Of a stretch of 64,000 nucleotides of DNA, positions 36,346-46,900 are shown in pieces. Each line of letters starts with the position of its first letter. Positions within the stretch are counted from its first letter, which is position 1. The notes below the pieces were generated by a model, which was not told where the DNA came from, did no database searches, and saw nothing but the letters and a program-made list of their open reading frames with translations. Location of the stretch: IMG/VR virus record IMGVR_UViG_3300005529_000001, positions 305,476-369,475 of that record. One strand, written 5' to 3'. The position numbers were made by a program, and so were the translations under genes.

Positions 36346-36750
36346 ATGAAAAAAGATGAAAGAAGTGGCCCTATCAAGATAGGTCAGATCATGATCACAC
36401 CATCAAACCGTTGTTTCTACGTCGAGAGGGACTATCTCGCTCATTCAATGCCCGATGAACTACATTTTGTGAATAAATGTTTTGAACCAAAGTCTGACAC
36501 ATCTCCAGAAATGTGGAACAAACTTGTTAAACAAGTTTCACGATATTCACAACTAAAATACACTCGAGGCTTTAGTAAGAACGTTGGTCATCGATTTCAA
36601 GATCTGCATGAACAGCTGCTACGTAGAAGCATCATCACTCATGAGTGGACTGATCGTGTCCGAGTAGATCCATACTCTCATCAAAATATTGGAAGATATG
36701 TTTTGAAGACGGGTTCTCCTCCCGCTGACATCCTTGATACACATTACTGA
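36346..36750 (+). CDS. AT-rich hypothetical protein
   Basis: 134-aa ORF; a sampled 60-bp line (36481-36540) is 35% GC. Confidence 0.5.
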   Translation: MKKDERSGPIKIGQIMITPSNRCFYVERDYLAHSMPDELHFVNKCFEPKSDTSPEMWNKLVKQVSRYSQLKYTRGFSKNVGHRFQDLHEQLLRRSIITHEWTDRVRVDPYSHQNIGRYVLKTGSPPADILDTHY

Positions 36751-36755
36751 TTATC

Positions 36756-37145
36756 ATGGCTGAAGCAGATGACAAGAAGGCGCTCGAGGGCATCGTTGAG
36801 ATGTCAGAACGTTCCGTTGAGGAACGGATTCGCGACTTTGGAGCCATCCTTGAAGACATCGAGTCGATGGACTCGAAGCAACGACGTCTCTGGAAAGAGA
36901 TTTATGAGAATGCCATCGCTGATCGACAGAACTCATACGTCATGTTCACCAAGCTCGTCAAGATGACGGGTGACAAGAGCTCAGAGCACGCGGTGCACGG
37001 TAAGGGCATTGCAACCTACATAGAACGCATGCAGAGGGCAAATGACCAGCTGGTGAAACTGGCTGAGCTCATCGCCGATGCCAAGAAGAAAGACGAAGCG
37101 ATCAACTCTGACTCAGTGTTTGACCAGATCAGAAACAAGGGTTGA
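36756..37145 (+). CDS. hypothetical helical protein
   Basis: Helical/charged pattern; lies between the sigma factor and the baseplate genes. Confidence 0.7.
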   Translation: MAEADDKKALEGIVEMSERSVEERIRDFGAILEDIESMDSKQRRLWKEIYENAIADRQNSYVMFTKLVKMTGDKSSEHAVHGKGIATYIERMQRANDQLVKLAELIADAKKKDEAINSDSVFDQIRNKG

Positions 37146-37183
37146 GCCAGTGCCCGACGGGTACATAAACCCAGAGGAGCCCC

Positions 37184-38662
37184 GTGCCCAATCCCAAGTA
37201 CGACGCTAGAGACATTGTCAAGCACATCGCGGAGGGCCGCCATGACGAGGTGCTACGGGAACGGGCTGCTTATCGCACTCCAGACCCCCACTTCCCAACA
37301 TTCTTGCGGTTCGTTATCTTGGATGTCATCCACGATCCATCGATGGTTGACAGCACCAAGCTGTCTCACTACGTTCATGACCTGGGTGTTGCTAACCCGA
37401 AGTACGTCGGTGTAGCACCCAGGAACAGCATCATCGCCCGACGCGTGTTGGCACCTGATGCCGCCGCGAGCGAAAAGGTGATGGTGCTCTACCCGTTCTG
37501 TCCACCCCACCTAGCGATGCCAGCCAAGCCTGGCGAACACGTTTGGGGCATGATGGAGCACCCAGACGCTAAGGTGAACGACATCGGTTACTGGCTGTGG
37601 AAGATCACCATGCCAGACTTTGTGGAGGACGTCAACTACACCCATGCTGACAGGCAGTTTGATGCTTCTTTCTTGCCGGGACTCAACGACCTGTTTGATG
37701 GAACCGCAAACCCTAAGTATGAGTTCCATAACGGAGCAGTTGACACAGATGCCGCGAGTGGCAACCCATATGTCATCCAAGACACTGCATCGTTGCCCGG
37801 TGATGATACGCAATACAAGAAGCTACTGACCAAGAGCGATGCTGCACAGATAGCACAGTATGAATCGGTTCCGCGTTTTCGTAAGCGCCCGCAGGATACT
37901 GCGTTTGAGGGAAGCAACAACACTCTCATTGTCCTGGGGACTGACAGGACGGGACCCGCCTCTGACTACGGCACTGACCCAAACAACGGACAGGTCCCCA
38001 AGGCTCACCCCGCTGATGTAACAGGCAATGCAGGCGCAATTGACCTTGTCGCGGGCAGGGGTCAAACGGACGCGACAGCAGGCAAACCTGTCCAGAACAC
38101 GCTCAACAACAAGGAGTTGGGCAAAGACAAGCAAAACCTGCAACCGACTGAGGGCGACGTTGATTTGCTTAACGACAGGTCGCGCGTCCTGATCTCACAG
38201 AAAACAAAGCCTGACACGAACTTCAGCATCACGAGCGTTGTGTCAGCACATTCGTCTGAGTCTTCGATCCAGGACGGTAACGGTGAGGGAGCCATCGTCG
38301 TAAAGACAGACAAGGTCAGGATCATCGCTCGGCATGACCTTGTCATCCTCGTCAGTGGCGTGACTGACACCGACGGCAACGGGAATGTGAAAGATCCGGG
38401 CGCCAGCATTGACCCTTCTAAGTGTGCATCGATTATTCTGAGAGCAAACGGTGACATCGTTTTCACGCCCTCGAGCACTGGCGTGGTGCGTTTGGGCGGT
38501 GATGATGCAACACTGTCACCGTTGTGCACCCGAGTAGGAAACTCACCCGGGATGAACAGCCCGATCCCACCGCCGAGCCCGATCGTGGACACAATGGGTG
38601 GTTCCCAGGGCGGTGCCGATGGATTGAATGGGACATTTGCAACGAAAGTTCTTCTGAAGTGA
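37184..38662 (+). CDS. baseplate hub/spike protein (gp5/gpV-like OB fold plus beta-rich C-terminus)
   Basis: YPFCPPHL.MP.KPGEHVW, FEGSNNTLIVLG, beta-repeat-like C-terminus; first gene of the baseplate block. Confidence 0.6.
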   Translation: MPNPKYDARDIVKHIAEGRHDEVLRERAAYRTPDPHFPTFLRFVILDVIHDPSMVDSTKLSHYVHDLGVANPKYVGVAPRNSIIARRVLAPDAAASEKVMVLYPFCPPHLAMPAKPGEHVWGMMEHPDAKVNDIGYWLWKITMPDFVEDVNYTHADRQFDASFLPGLNDLFDGTANPKYEFHNGAVDTDAASGNPYVIQDTASLPGDDTQYKKLLTKSDAAQIAQYESVPRFRKRPQDTAFEGSNNTLIVLGTDRTGPASDYGTDPNNGQVPKAHPADVTGNAGAIDLVAGRGQTDATAGKPVQNTLNNKELGKDKQNLQPTEGDVDLLNDRSRVLISQKTKPDTNFSITSVVSAHSSESSIQDGNGEGAIVVKTDKVRIIARHDLVILVSGVTDTDGNGNVKDPGASIDPSKCASIILRANGDIVFTPSSTGVVRLGGDDATLSPLCTRVGNSPGMNSPIPPPSPIVDTMGGSQGGADGLNGTFATKVLLK

Positions 38663-38668
38663 GGACGC

Positions 38669-39616
38669 ATGGGTGATCCGTACGGACCGATATTGACGGG
38701 CATCGGGATGCTCGACAGCGGAAAGCTGACAGACGCGGGCAAGAAAGCTTATGTCGGGGATGTCCTCGCCCTTTTGACCGGCGGCAACGACAAGGGAATG
38801 GGCAACCCATTGTGTTCTCTAGGTTTCCAAGCCTTCACTAAGCTGGTTCCCTTGCCACCCATCCCCGGACCCAACATCATCAACGTGACAACGCTTCAGT
38901 CAGAACCGCTGTTCTGGTTCAAACCCGATCCGGCTGCTGCGTTGATGGCGACGTTGTTAGCAGACAAAGAGAAGACACCCATCTGGAACACTCTGTTTCC
39001 CGATGGCATCCTAACGACGACAGCGCAAGCGCTCGATCTCACGGGCAACACGCCCCTGTTTCCGATCTTTGATTTCACTGTGGCATTTCCCAGCCTAAAG
39101 ATCCCGCCGTTCCCGTTGGCGTTGCCAGACCTAGCCGTCAACGTCAACTTGCCACCACCCCAGCTGTTGCTCAAGCTCGCTGGGTTGGGCATCCAACTGA
39201 AACTGCCATCGTTGCCCTCAATCCCATCGTTGTCGCTACCAAACTTTGGGTTCCCGCCGGACCTCGCTTTGAAAGCTGCAGCAACCATCCCGCAGCTGAT
39301 CCTTGGCCTGATCCAGTTGCCGTTCAAGCTAATCATCAAGCTCTTGCTACCGCCGGACATCGGACTGGTTTTGAAAATGATCTCGCTTGATATCAGCGCG
39401 GTTTTCAACATTGCGCTAGACCTTCTCATCCAGTTGTTGGTCGATCTGGGCTTGTTGCTGATCATACCCAAGTTGTTGGTTGCTTCGTTGTTGATCTACC
39501 TCAAAGACATCGTAGCAATGGTCTGTGTGGATCTGGCTGGGCAACTCGTGGGTTCTGGTGGAGCTATCACCAAGCTTATTGGCGAAGTGACGGGGCTGAT
39601 TCCGCTCACGTCGTAA
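38669..39616 (+). CDS. Pro/Leu-rich hydrophobic hypothetical protein
   Basis: LPSLPSIPSLSLP repeats and long aliphatic C-terminal helices. Confidence 0.7.
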   Translation: MGDPYGPILTGIGMLDSGKLTDAGKKAYVGDVLALLTGGNDKGMGNPLCSLGFQAFTKLVPLPPIPGPNIINVTTLQSEPLFWFKPDPAAALMATLLADKEKTPIWNTLFPDGILTTTAQALDLTGNTPLFPIFDFTVAFPSLKIPPFPLALPDLAVNVNLPPPQLLLKLAGLGIQLKLPSLPSIPSLSLPNFGFPPDLALKAAATIPQLILGLIQLPFKLIIKLLLPPDIGLVLKMISLDISAVFNIALDLLIQLLVDLGLLLIIPKLLVASLLIYLKDIVAMVCVDLAGQLVGSGGAITKLIGEVTGLIPLTS

Positions 39617-39677
39617 GGGCCGGCATAGTTACCTGACATGAGCCGTAATCGGTCTCAAATCCCTTCTATGCGTTTCT

Positions 39678-40166
39678 GTGAACGGAGAACTCAACGTGGG
39701 ACAGTTTAGCTTCAAGTCTTCCGGAGTTACCCCACAGACGAACCCGGCAACTAGCATCACGACGACTCCCCCAAACATAGGCATCTTGACGCCCTTGTCT
39801 TTGGGAATGACCGACCTGCTTCGGACATCAACTGACGTAGCCACACAGATGGCAGACAACCTCCGAAACCTCATCCAGACGAACTGGGGTGAACGGTTGG
39901 GCAAGTACAACTACGGTGCCAACCTAAAACCGTTGCTAGTCAATCTAGTATCTCTGGATGATTTTGACGCTTCAGCAATGACGGCGATCAAGACCGCGGT
40001 CGCTCTCTGGATGCCGTATGTTGAGCTAGTCGATTTCGCATCTGTCATCGACACAACGGGCAAGCTGGTCCAGGGTATCGCTCAGGTGTCCATCACCATG
40101 ACGTATAACATCCCAAGCCTCAAAGTCACTGGAAAAATGATCAAAGTCACGCTGTACGCGCTCTGA
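39678..40166 (+). CDS. baseplate wedge subunit, T4 gp25/gpW-like
   Basis: ADNLRNLIQTNWGERLGKYNYGANL...AV..WMPYVEL...I..TY.I. Confidence 0.85.
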   Translation: MNGELNVGQFSFKSSGVTPQTNPATSITTTPPNIGILTPLSLGMTDLLRTSTDVATQMADNLRNLIQTNWGERLGKYNYGANLKPLLVNLVSLDDFDASAMTAIKTAVALWMPYVELVDFASVIDTTGKLVQGIAQVSITMTYNIPSLKVTGKMIKVTLYAL

Positions 40167-40191
40167 TGCAGGAAGGTACTTAACGGGTGCC

Positions 40192-42048
40192 ATGACACTC
40201 CAAAGAGATGATCTGAAAGCTGTACGTCAAAGAAAATTCCTCGCAAAGGACTTTGACGCGCTGCGGAACAATTTGTTGGAGTATGCGAAGCTGTACTACC
40301 CAGACAGGCTACGTGACTTTTCTGACAACAGCTTGGGAGGCCTGCTGCTCGACATGGCGGCATACGTGGGCGACAACATGTCGTTCTACCTCGATCACCA
40401 GTTTGGTGAGCTCGATCCAACGACGGCCGTCGAGAGCCTCAACATCCAGCGATTGCTGCAACAAGCCGGAGTCCCGATCGTTGGTGCTTCGCCTGCTTTG
40501 TGTCCTGTTACGTTTTATGTGGAAGTTCCAGCGACCGTCATCAACAACGTGATGGGACCAAATCCTGATTGTTTGCCAATCATCAAAGCAAACTCAACGT
40601 TTTCTGCAAACAACGGGACCATCTTTGCGTTGCTTGAAGACCTTGATTACACCGCAACTACGTCCAACGGACAACTCCAAGTGATCGCAAGCGGCATGGC
40701 GAAGATCGGGCAAAAAGGTTCGAATGGTGTCCCGCAGACTTATATCCTAGCGATGACGGGCTTGTGCATCTCAGGCCAAGAAACGACAGAAAACATCGTT
40801 GTCGGAGCGACGTTCATCCCATTCAACAAGCTTCTGTTGGCTAACCCTGACGTATCACAGATAGTCAGCATCAACGACTTGCTCGGAAACATCTACTACC
40901 AGGTTGACGCATTGTCAAACGACACTGTTTACCAAAATGTTCTTAACACTGCTTCCGATAACGATCTGGTTTCTCAGGTCATCAAGGTCATCCCAGCCCC
41001 GTATCGTTACACTGTTGACGTTGACCTGTTGAGTCGAAAATCCATGCTCACGTTTGGCGGTGGCAACGCCGACTCGCTTAATGATGACATCATTCCTGAC
41101 CCATCATCATTTGCAATCTCATTTCCTTATACCACGACTTTTTCTCGGATTTCTGTCAACCCGCAACAGCTGCTCCAAACAACAACAATGGGTGTCGCCG
41201 CTGCAAACACCACGTACCAAATCACGTACCGCTATGGGGGCGGTCTTAGCCACAACGTGCCTGCAAACCAGATCCAAAGCGTCAGACAGCTGAACATGAT
41301 CTTCCCGGGCAACCCAACACCAGCTCTGGCAGGTGCAGTAAGGAGCTCACTGACTCTGACAAACAAGGTCCAAGCGTCTGGTGGTGAGGATGCTCCGTCA
41401 GCTGACGACCTCAAGTCTTTGATCCCATCAATCAGGAACAGCCAAGAAAGAATCGTCACACGTGAAGACTTGCTAGCACGTGTATACACGATTCCCGCTA
41501 ACTTTGGCCGCGTCTTTAGGTGCGCTGCTCGTAGCAACCCAAATAACCCGCTGGCAACGTTGCTCTATATCGTCAGTCGCAACACCCAGGGACAGCTCAT
41601 TACCTCGCCTGACACGTTGAAACAGAACCTGGTCAAGTATCTCAACCCATACCGGATGATCAGCGATGCGATTGATATCCTCGATGCTAGGATCGTAGAC
41701 TTGCAATTTACGTTCGATGTGTTGATCGATCCGAGCCTGAACCGTACTATCGTCATCCAAAACATCATCACTGCGTTGACGTCGTTCTTTGCGGTTCAAA
41801 ACTTCCAGATTGACCAGCCCATTGTCATCGACAACGTCAGAAACACCATCTTCAGCATCCCAGGTGTGGTGTCGATAAACAGCATGAAGTTCACGAATGT
41901 CCAGGGGACGGTCAACAACATGCAATACAGCAGCGTCATCTTTGATGTGGACTCAAACACTCGAAAGAACATCCTGTTCCCTCCAGCGGGCGGGATCTTT
42001 GAAGTACGGTATCCAACCGTTGACATCGTTGGGAGGGCGTCAGTCTGA
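40192..42048 (+). CDS. baseplate wedge protein, T4 gp6/gpJ-like
   Basis: KDFDALRNNL..YAK.YYP....DFSD.SLGGLLLDMAAYVGD..SFYLD.Q, YRYGGG, SGGEDA, QERIVT.ED...R.Y.IP..FG.V. Confidence 0.9.
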   Translation: MTLQRDDLKAVRQRKFLAKDFDALRNNLLEYAKLYYPDRLRDFSDNSLGGLLLDMAAYVGDNMSFYLDHQFGELDPTTAVESLNIQRLLQQAGVPIVGASPALCPVTFYVEVPATVINNVMGPNPDCLPIIKANSTFSANNGTIFALLEDLDYTATTSNGQLQVIASGMAKIGQKGSNGVPQTYILAMTGLCISGQETTENIVVGATFIPFNKLLLANPDVSQIVSINDLLGNIYYQVDALSNDTVYQNVLNTASDNDLVSQVIKVIPAPYRYTVDVDLLSRKSMLTFGGGNADSLNDDIIPDPSSFAISFPYTTTFSRISVNPQQLLQTTTMGVAAANTTYQITYRYGGGLSHNVPANQIQSVRQLNMIFPGNPTPALAGAVRSSLTLTNKVQASGGEDAPSADDLKSLIPSIRNSQERIVTREDLLARVYTIPANFGRVFRCAARSNPNNPLATLLYIVSRNTQGQLITSPDTLKQNLVKYLNPYRMISDAIDILDARIVDLQFTFDVLIDPSLNRTIVIQNIITALTSFFAVQNFQIDQPIVIDNVRNTIFSIPGVVSINSMKFTNVQGTVNNMQYSSVIFDVDSNTRKNILFPPAGGIFEVRYPTVDIVGRASV

Positions 42049-43934
42049 TGTTTAAGGTTCTTCCAGCTATCAAAGATGCGTACATCCAGAACCGGTTTGT
42101 TAACGGCGTGACACAGGTTTCAGGCAACGTAGGATTGGCGGGTTCGTTAGACCTGTTCAAGCTTTACGGGTACACTTCCACACAAACTGCATCAGGGACC
42201 ATTCCCAATGTAGAGCTGTCACGTTTGTTGGTTCATTTCAATTTGCAACCGCTACGTGACATGGTCTCAGCGGGACAGGTTGACATCAACAATGCGAGTT
42301 TCAACGTTCGCTTGCACCTGTTTGATGTTTATGGCGGCCAACCCACGCCCGACAATTTTAGCGTCATCGTTTATCCTTTGTCAGCTTCGTTTGATGAAGG
42401 TCATGGACGTGATGTTGTCTACTATTCTGACTATGATGCTTGCAATTGGCTCAACTCTTCGCTGGTTTCTGGATCATGGCAAGGACAAGGTTGCGTTAGC
42501 GGTGGTTTCTACCCACAAGCATGTGACTTCTTCACCGGATCAAACAACCTAAACCTGGGTGTCCAACAAACGTTTTTCAAGGGAACAGAGGACCTTGACG
42601 TTGACATAACAACAATCGTTAGTGCAACGCTCGCTGGGTTGCTGCCAGACGCCGGGCTTCGCATCGCTTTTGCTCCAGCACTGGAAAACGACACACACTC
42701 ATACTTTGTCAAACGCTTTGGTTCACGGCAAGCATTCAATCCCGAAAAACGTCCGTGCTTGTTTGTCAGGTTTGACGACTCCGTCCAAGATGACACTCAA
42801 AACTTTTATCTTGATTCACCTAGCTATCTGTTCCTTTATAACTACGTCAGGAACTCACGTCTAGGTAACCTGATCTCGGGTTCCACGTCGGTAACAGGAA
42901 GCAATAGTCTTGTTCTGAAACTGTACGGACAATTCCCGTCGGTGACTCCCGTTGTGGTCAGCAGCAGTCAAGCTCTGATACAATCGGGGAAGTTTACGTT
43001 TTCAAACCCAAGCGATGTGCTTTTTGCGGGAACGTACAGTATACTCAATTCAACGTCGGGGACTATCACAACAGGTAGCCAGCTTTACGCGGGCGTGCTA
43101 TCAGGTTCTTACACCACCCAACAGATCGTGGGAAGCGGCAGCTTTGTGTATGCTGACACCACGGGCATCCACGTCGCAATCTCAGGAACAGCAACCTTCA
43201 ATGGGACGCTTGATGGAACGGCCGGAGTCTATGCCCTGACGGGAACATACCTTCCCAACGGCGGTTTCCTGTTCAGCGCAAGCTACTTCCTCAGCCAGAC
43301 AATGGGACCGGGACCGTACGTGGCGGGACCGTTTGTGGGTAGCCAGCTGTCTTTGGGAAGCAACTTCCAAACGGGAATCTATTCCGCATCGGTTACGTTG
43401 TCATCAACAGACCCAAGCTTGCAACCACAGTGGCAACACTCGGGCAGCGTCACCTTCATCCCAGTCTGGGGCAGCCTTGATGGCACCGTTGCCTTCCTGA
43501 CCGGGAGCGAGATCAAGGCTTATCCCCCGGTCAGGGGCCCACAGTCACAGAACTGGAAACACCTGAACGTTCGCATCATCGGCTTGAATGATGAGTACGA
43601 TAACCAGACGCAACAGGTGCTAAGAGTAAACCTTTGGGACTTCACGCAACCCGTCTTGCTCAGTGCGGTTCGCTTGCCCGTAGAGTTGCCCGGAATCATC
43701 ATCCGAGATGTTCATTACCAGATCCGTGACAACAGTGATGGATACATCGCGGTTCCTTTCGATCTAGTCACAAATTCGACAAGGTTGTCTAACGATTCAC
43801 AGAACATGTTCTTCACCCTCGACACGTCAAACCTAATCTCAGGTCACTCTTATGTCATCGACATCATGGTGGTGACAGACAACGTCAAACAGCTTTACAA
43901 GGGCGCATCATCGCCGTTCAGAGTGGCTGGATGA
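42048..43934 (+). CDS. putative baseplate/tail structural protein
   Basis: Coupled to the gp6-like gene; beta-rich and Ser/Gly/Thr-rich. Confidence 0.7.
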   Translation: MFKVLPAIKDAYIQNRFVNGVTQVSGNVGLAGSLDLFKLYGYTSTQTASGTIPNVELSRLLVHFNLQPLRDMVSAGQVDINNASFNVRLHLFDVYGGQPTPDNFSVIVYPLSASFDEGHGRDVVYYSDYDACNWLNSSLVSGSWQGQGCVSGGFYPQACDFFTGSNNLNLGVQQTFFKGTEDLDVDITTIVSATLAGLLPDAGLRIAFAPALENDTHSYFVKRFGSRQAFNPEKRPCLFVRFDDSVQDDTQNFYLDSPSYLFLYNYVRNSRLGNLISGSTSVTGSNSLVLKLYGQFPSVTPVVVSSSQALIQSGKFTFSNPSDVLFAGTYSILNSTSGTITTGSQLYAGVLSGSYTTQQIVGSGSFVYADTTGIHVAISGTATFNGTLDGTAGVYALTGTYLPNGGFLFSASYFLSQTMGPGPYVAGPFVGSQLSLGSNFQTGIYSASVTLSSTDPSLQPQWQHSGSVTFIPVWGSLDGTVAFLTGSEIKAYPPVRGPQSQNWKHLNVRIIGLNDEYDNQTQQVLRVNLWDFTQPVLLSAVRLPVELPGIIIRDVHYQIRDNSDGYIAVPFDLVTNSTRLSNDSQNMFFTLDTSNLISGHSYVIDIMVVTDNVKQLYKGASSPFRVAG

Positions 43935-43971
43935 GAGTAGATTTTGATAGGTAAGGCCAGGTCCTGCGCCG

Positions 43972-46900
43972 ATGCCCGTCACCGTTAACCCATACATCCC
44001 CTCGTTCTTGAGGGCGACCATGACCGGCAGCCGTCCCCTGGTGCTGACAGGGCAATCGTTGGCGGACACGAACGTGCTGTCTTCAGCTTCGTTCCAATAC
44101 GATCCTGCATACAGTGCCCTCAAATCAACGCAACAGCTCAACGTTGACTGGTCACAGTTCCAGAACCACACGTTTTTCATGTCAGCCGAAGCCAAGGTTA
44201 ACCTTGCTTTCGACCAGGTCATCAACGGGTTTCCGTTCGATGGGACACGTTTGGAGACCGAAGTCTTCTTTGACAACCTGACGGGTTTTGACAAGTGGGT
44301 CTTTGATCAGTTTCCCACGTTTCATGGTGAGCTGTTCTTTTCGAGCTCCACGATAGGAACAGGTTCAGTACCCGCTACGGGCCCAACTGCGGTTTCAAAC
44401 CAAGCGGGCGGCACGTGGATCGCGGTCCAGAACAAGGTGGGAGCTCTGTTCCCGGAGCTGGTGACAAACCAGAACACACAGACTGGGCAATCTGTGCTCA
44501 ACCCAACCGGGTCCACGTCATTGACGATCGAGATGCAGATCTACTTGCCTCCCGCTGCAAACGATGTGCAAGTCATCTGCCAGATGTTGGATCAGACCAA
44601 CACGGGATCATTGGGAGGTTCGCAACAGGGCTTCTCATTGTTCCTTACCCAATCGCTGTCAACGACCTCAGTCAACGCTATGTTTGTGGTCGTGTCTGGC
44701 TCGTCATTCATGACGGTCCCTCTAACCCTCAACAAAGGCCAGTTTAACCACGTTGCGTTTGAGCTTAACCGCGACAACGGGTTGCCTTTCTTGGAGTCGT
44801 TTGCCCTATCGTCTCCAGTTGCCGAAAGCGTAACCCAAGTTGAGATCGGCGACCTAGCGATCGATAACACGAACTTCCTGATCGGCGTGGGAACCCCCGT
44901 CCAGTATGGTAACCAGCTTGTGACTCCCATCCAGACCCTGGGAGCAACGATCGATGAGTTCCGAGTGTTTCACTCAGCTCGTACGCCGCAACAACAAGCG
45001 GCGTATGCGTCCAAAGCTCTCTACGCAACATCAGACCTAGTCCTTTACTTCAAATTCAATGAACCAACGGGCTCGCTAAACAGCCAGAACCAGGTAGTGT
45101 TGTTAGACAACACCAACAACTCTTCAAGCCCGATCAACAGCATTGTCCTTGACTCAAGCGGTAACTCGCTCCATTCGCTGGTCGCAAACTTCACGTCTAG
45201 CTGGCGTCGAAATTCTTTGCTAGACGCCTTGAATCCCGTTGTCAATGAGCGTGATGATCAATCACCAATCTTGTTCCCGGCATACCCACCGGTAGTTGCT
45301 TTTAACGCGCAGCTGTTACAAAGCGCAAGCTTGTATGATCAAGAAAATCCTAACCTCATCACCAAACTGATCCCGCAACACTACCTCCTAGAAGGTGCCC
45401 AACAGGATGGTTTTGTTGACCCGCCCGAGGGAAATGCTAACCAACCCTTTGCGGGGACGGGCATCCCAGGCCAGGGACAGATGGGCAACGTGCAGATCCT
45501 AGTGTCGTTGCTTTACATCTATGCTCGGTTTTTTGATGAGATCAAGCTGTTTATCGATTCGTTCAGCAACGTCAGGACCGTCGATTACGACACGAATGAC
45601 ACGGTTGCTGCAGACACGGTCCCCGACACGTTTCTCACCAAGTTGATCAGCAACTTTGGCTTCCACATGCCTCCCCTGTTTCAGGATGCTGACATCGACC
45701 AGTACGTCAGGGGAGAGAACGTTGATATCGACCAGTACGCAACAAACGTCAACACACTGCGTTACGTCCAACACACCCTGACACGCCGCATCCTGAAAAA
45801 CTTGCCCAGTGTCCTCCGGTCAAAGGGCACCCAATACAGCATCCAAGCTTTCCTCCGCGCCGTTGGTATCGATCCCAACAACATCATGCGCATGCGTGAG
45901 ATGGGAGGCCCAACAACCCAACAGCTGCAGTTTGTCCGTGACAACAAGGTAGAGCCAGGAACCATGACGCTGTTCAGCGGCAGCTCGTTGGTCAAGAGCT
46001 CGGTTTATGTAGCATCTCCATACCTTTCAGCATCACGTGTCGAACCAGGATTTCCACTTCCACAAGGCCAATTTGTCATAGACCCTAACACGGGACGAAA
46101 CATAAAAACGACAGTCCCCAGCGACAACGTGTTGACATCAGGATCTTGGACTTGGGAAGGGATTGTCAAGTTCACTCCTTCTGACATCAGGTCTATGACT
46201 GCCGCAACTCAGTCGCTGATGCGTATGTGTGTGGCAAGCGAGCCAAACATTGGTGTCTTCGGAACTGATATCTTTGGCGTTGACTCTCCCTTTGGTTATT
46301 TGGCGGGAAACTCTCTAACAGTTGGCCTGGTTGCAAACTTGTTGGCGATATCATCATCGATGGACACTCCGGGTAACGGCCCTAAACTGGTCTTGTACCT
46401 ACGGCCCAACGCGTTGCCCGCTGGCGCTGATAACCCTTCGATCTCACCCGTCCTACGTCTAGAGATTGACACAGCCCTACCAAATCTGTTCACCGGATCG
46501 CCAACAATCGGCATCTTCAATGGCGACAGATGGAACGTTAGCTTTGGTTGTCAACGAGGTGATGATGGTCTCAACAGCAGCGTATCATCGTCGTACTTCT
46601 TGCGCCTAGCTTACCAGAACGGCGGCGAAATCCAACACTTCTTCGCAACAAGCTCATTCTTCCAGGAAGATCCCAAAGGTGGTGACAACATCTTCCGTGG
46701 CTTCATGACGACGAGCAGCTTCCCAGGCCCGTTCTTCGCAGTGGGCCCAGGACAAGTCATCCTAACGGGAAATGGTACTGGCTCTTTGTTCCTCAACAAT
46801 AATCTGGCAGTCCCCGCCGAGGCACGAGCCACCGATTTTACGGGCCGTCTCAGCAACACAAGGTTCTGGAGTAAGGCTCTGAGCCTTGACGAGTGGCGAG

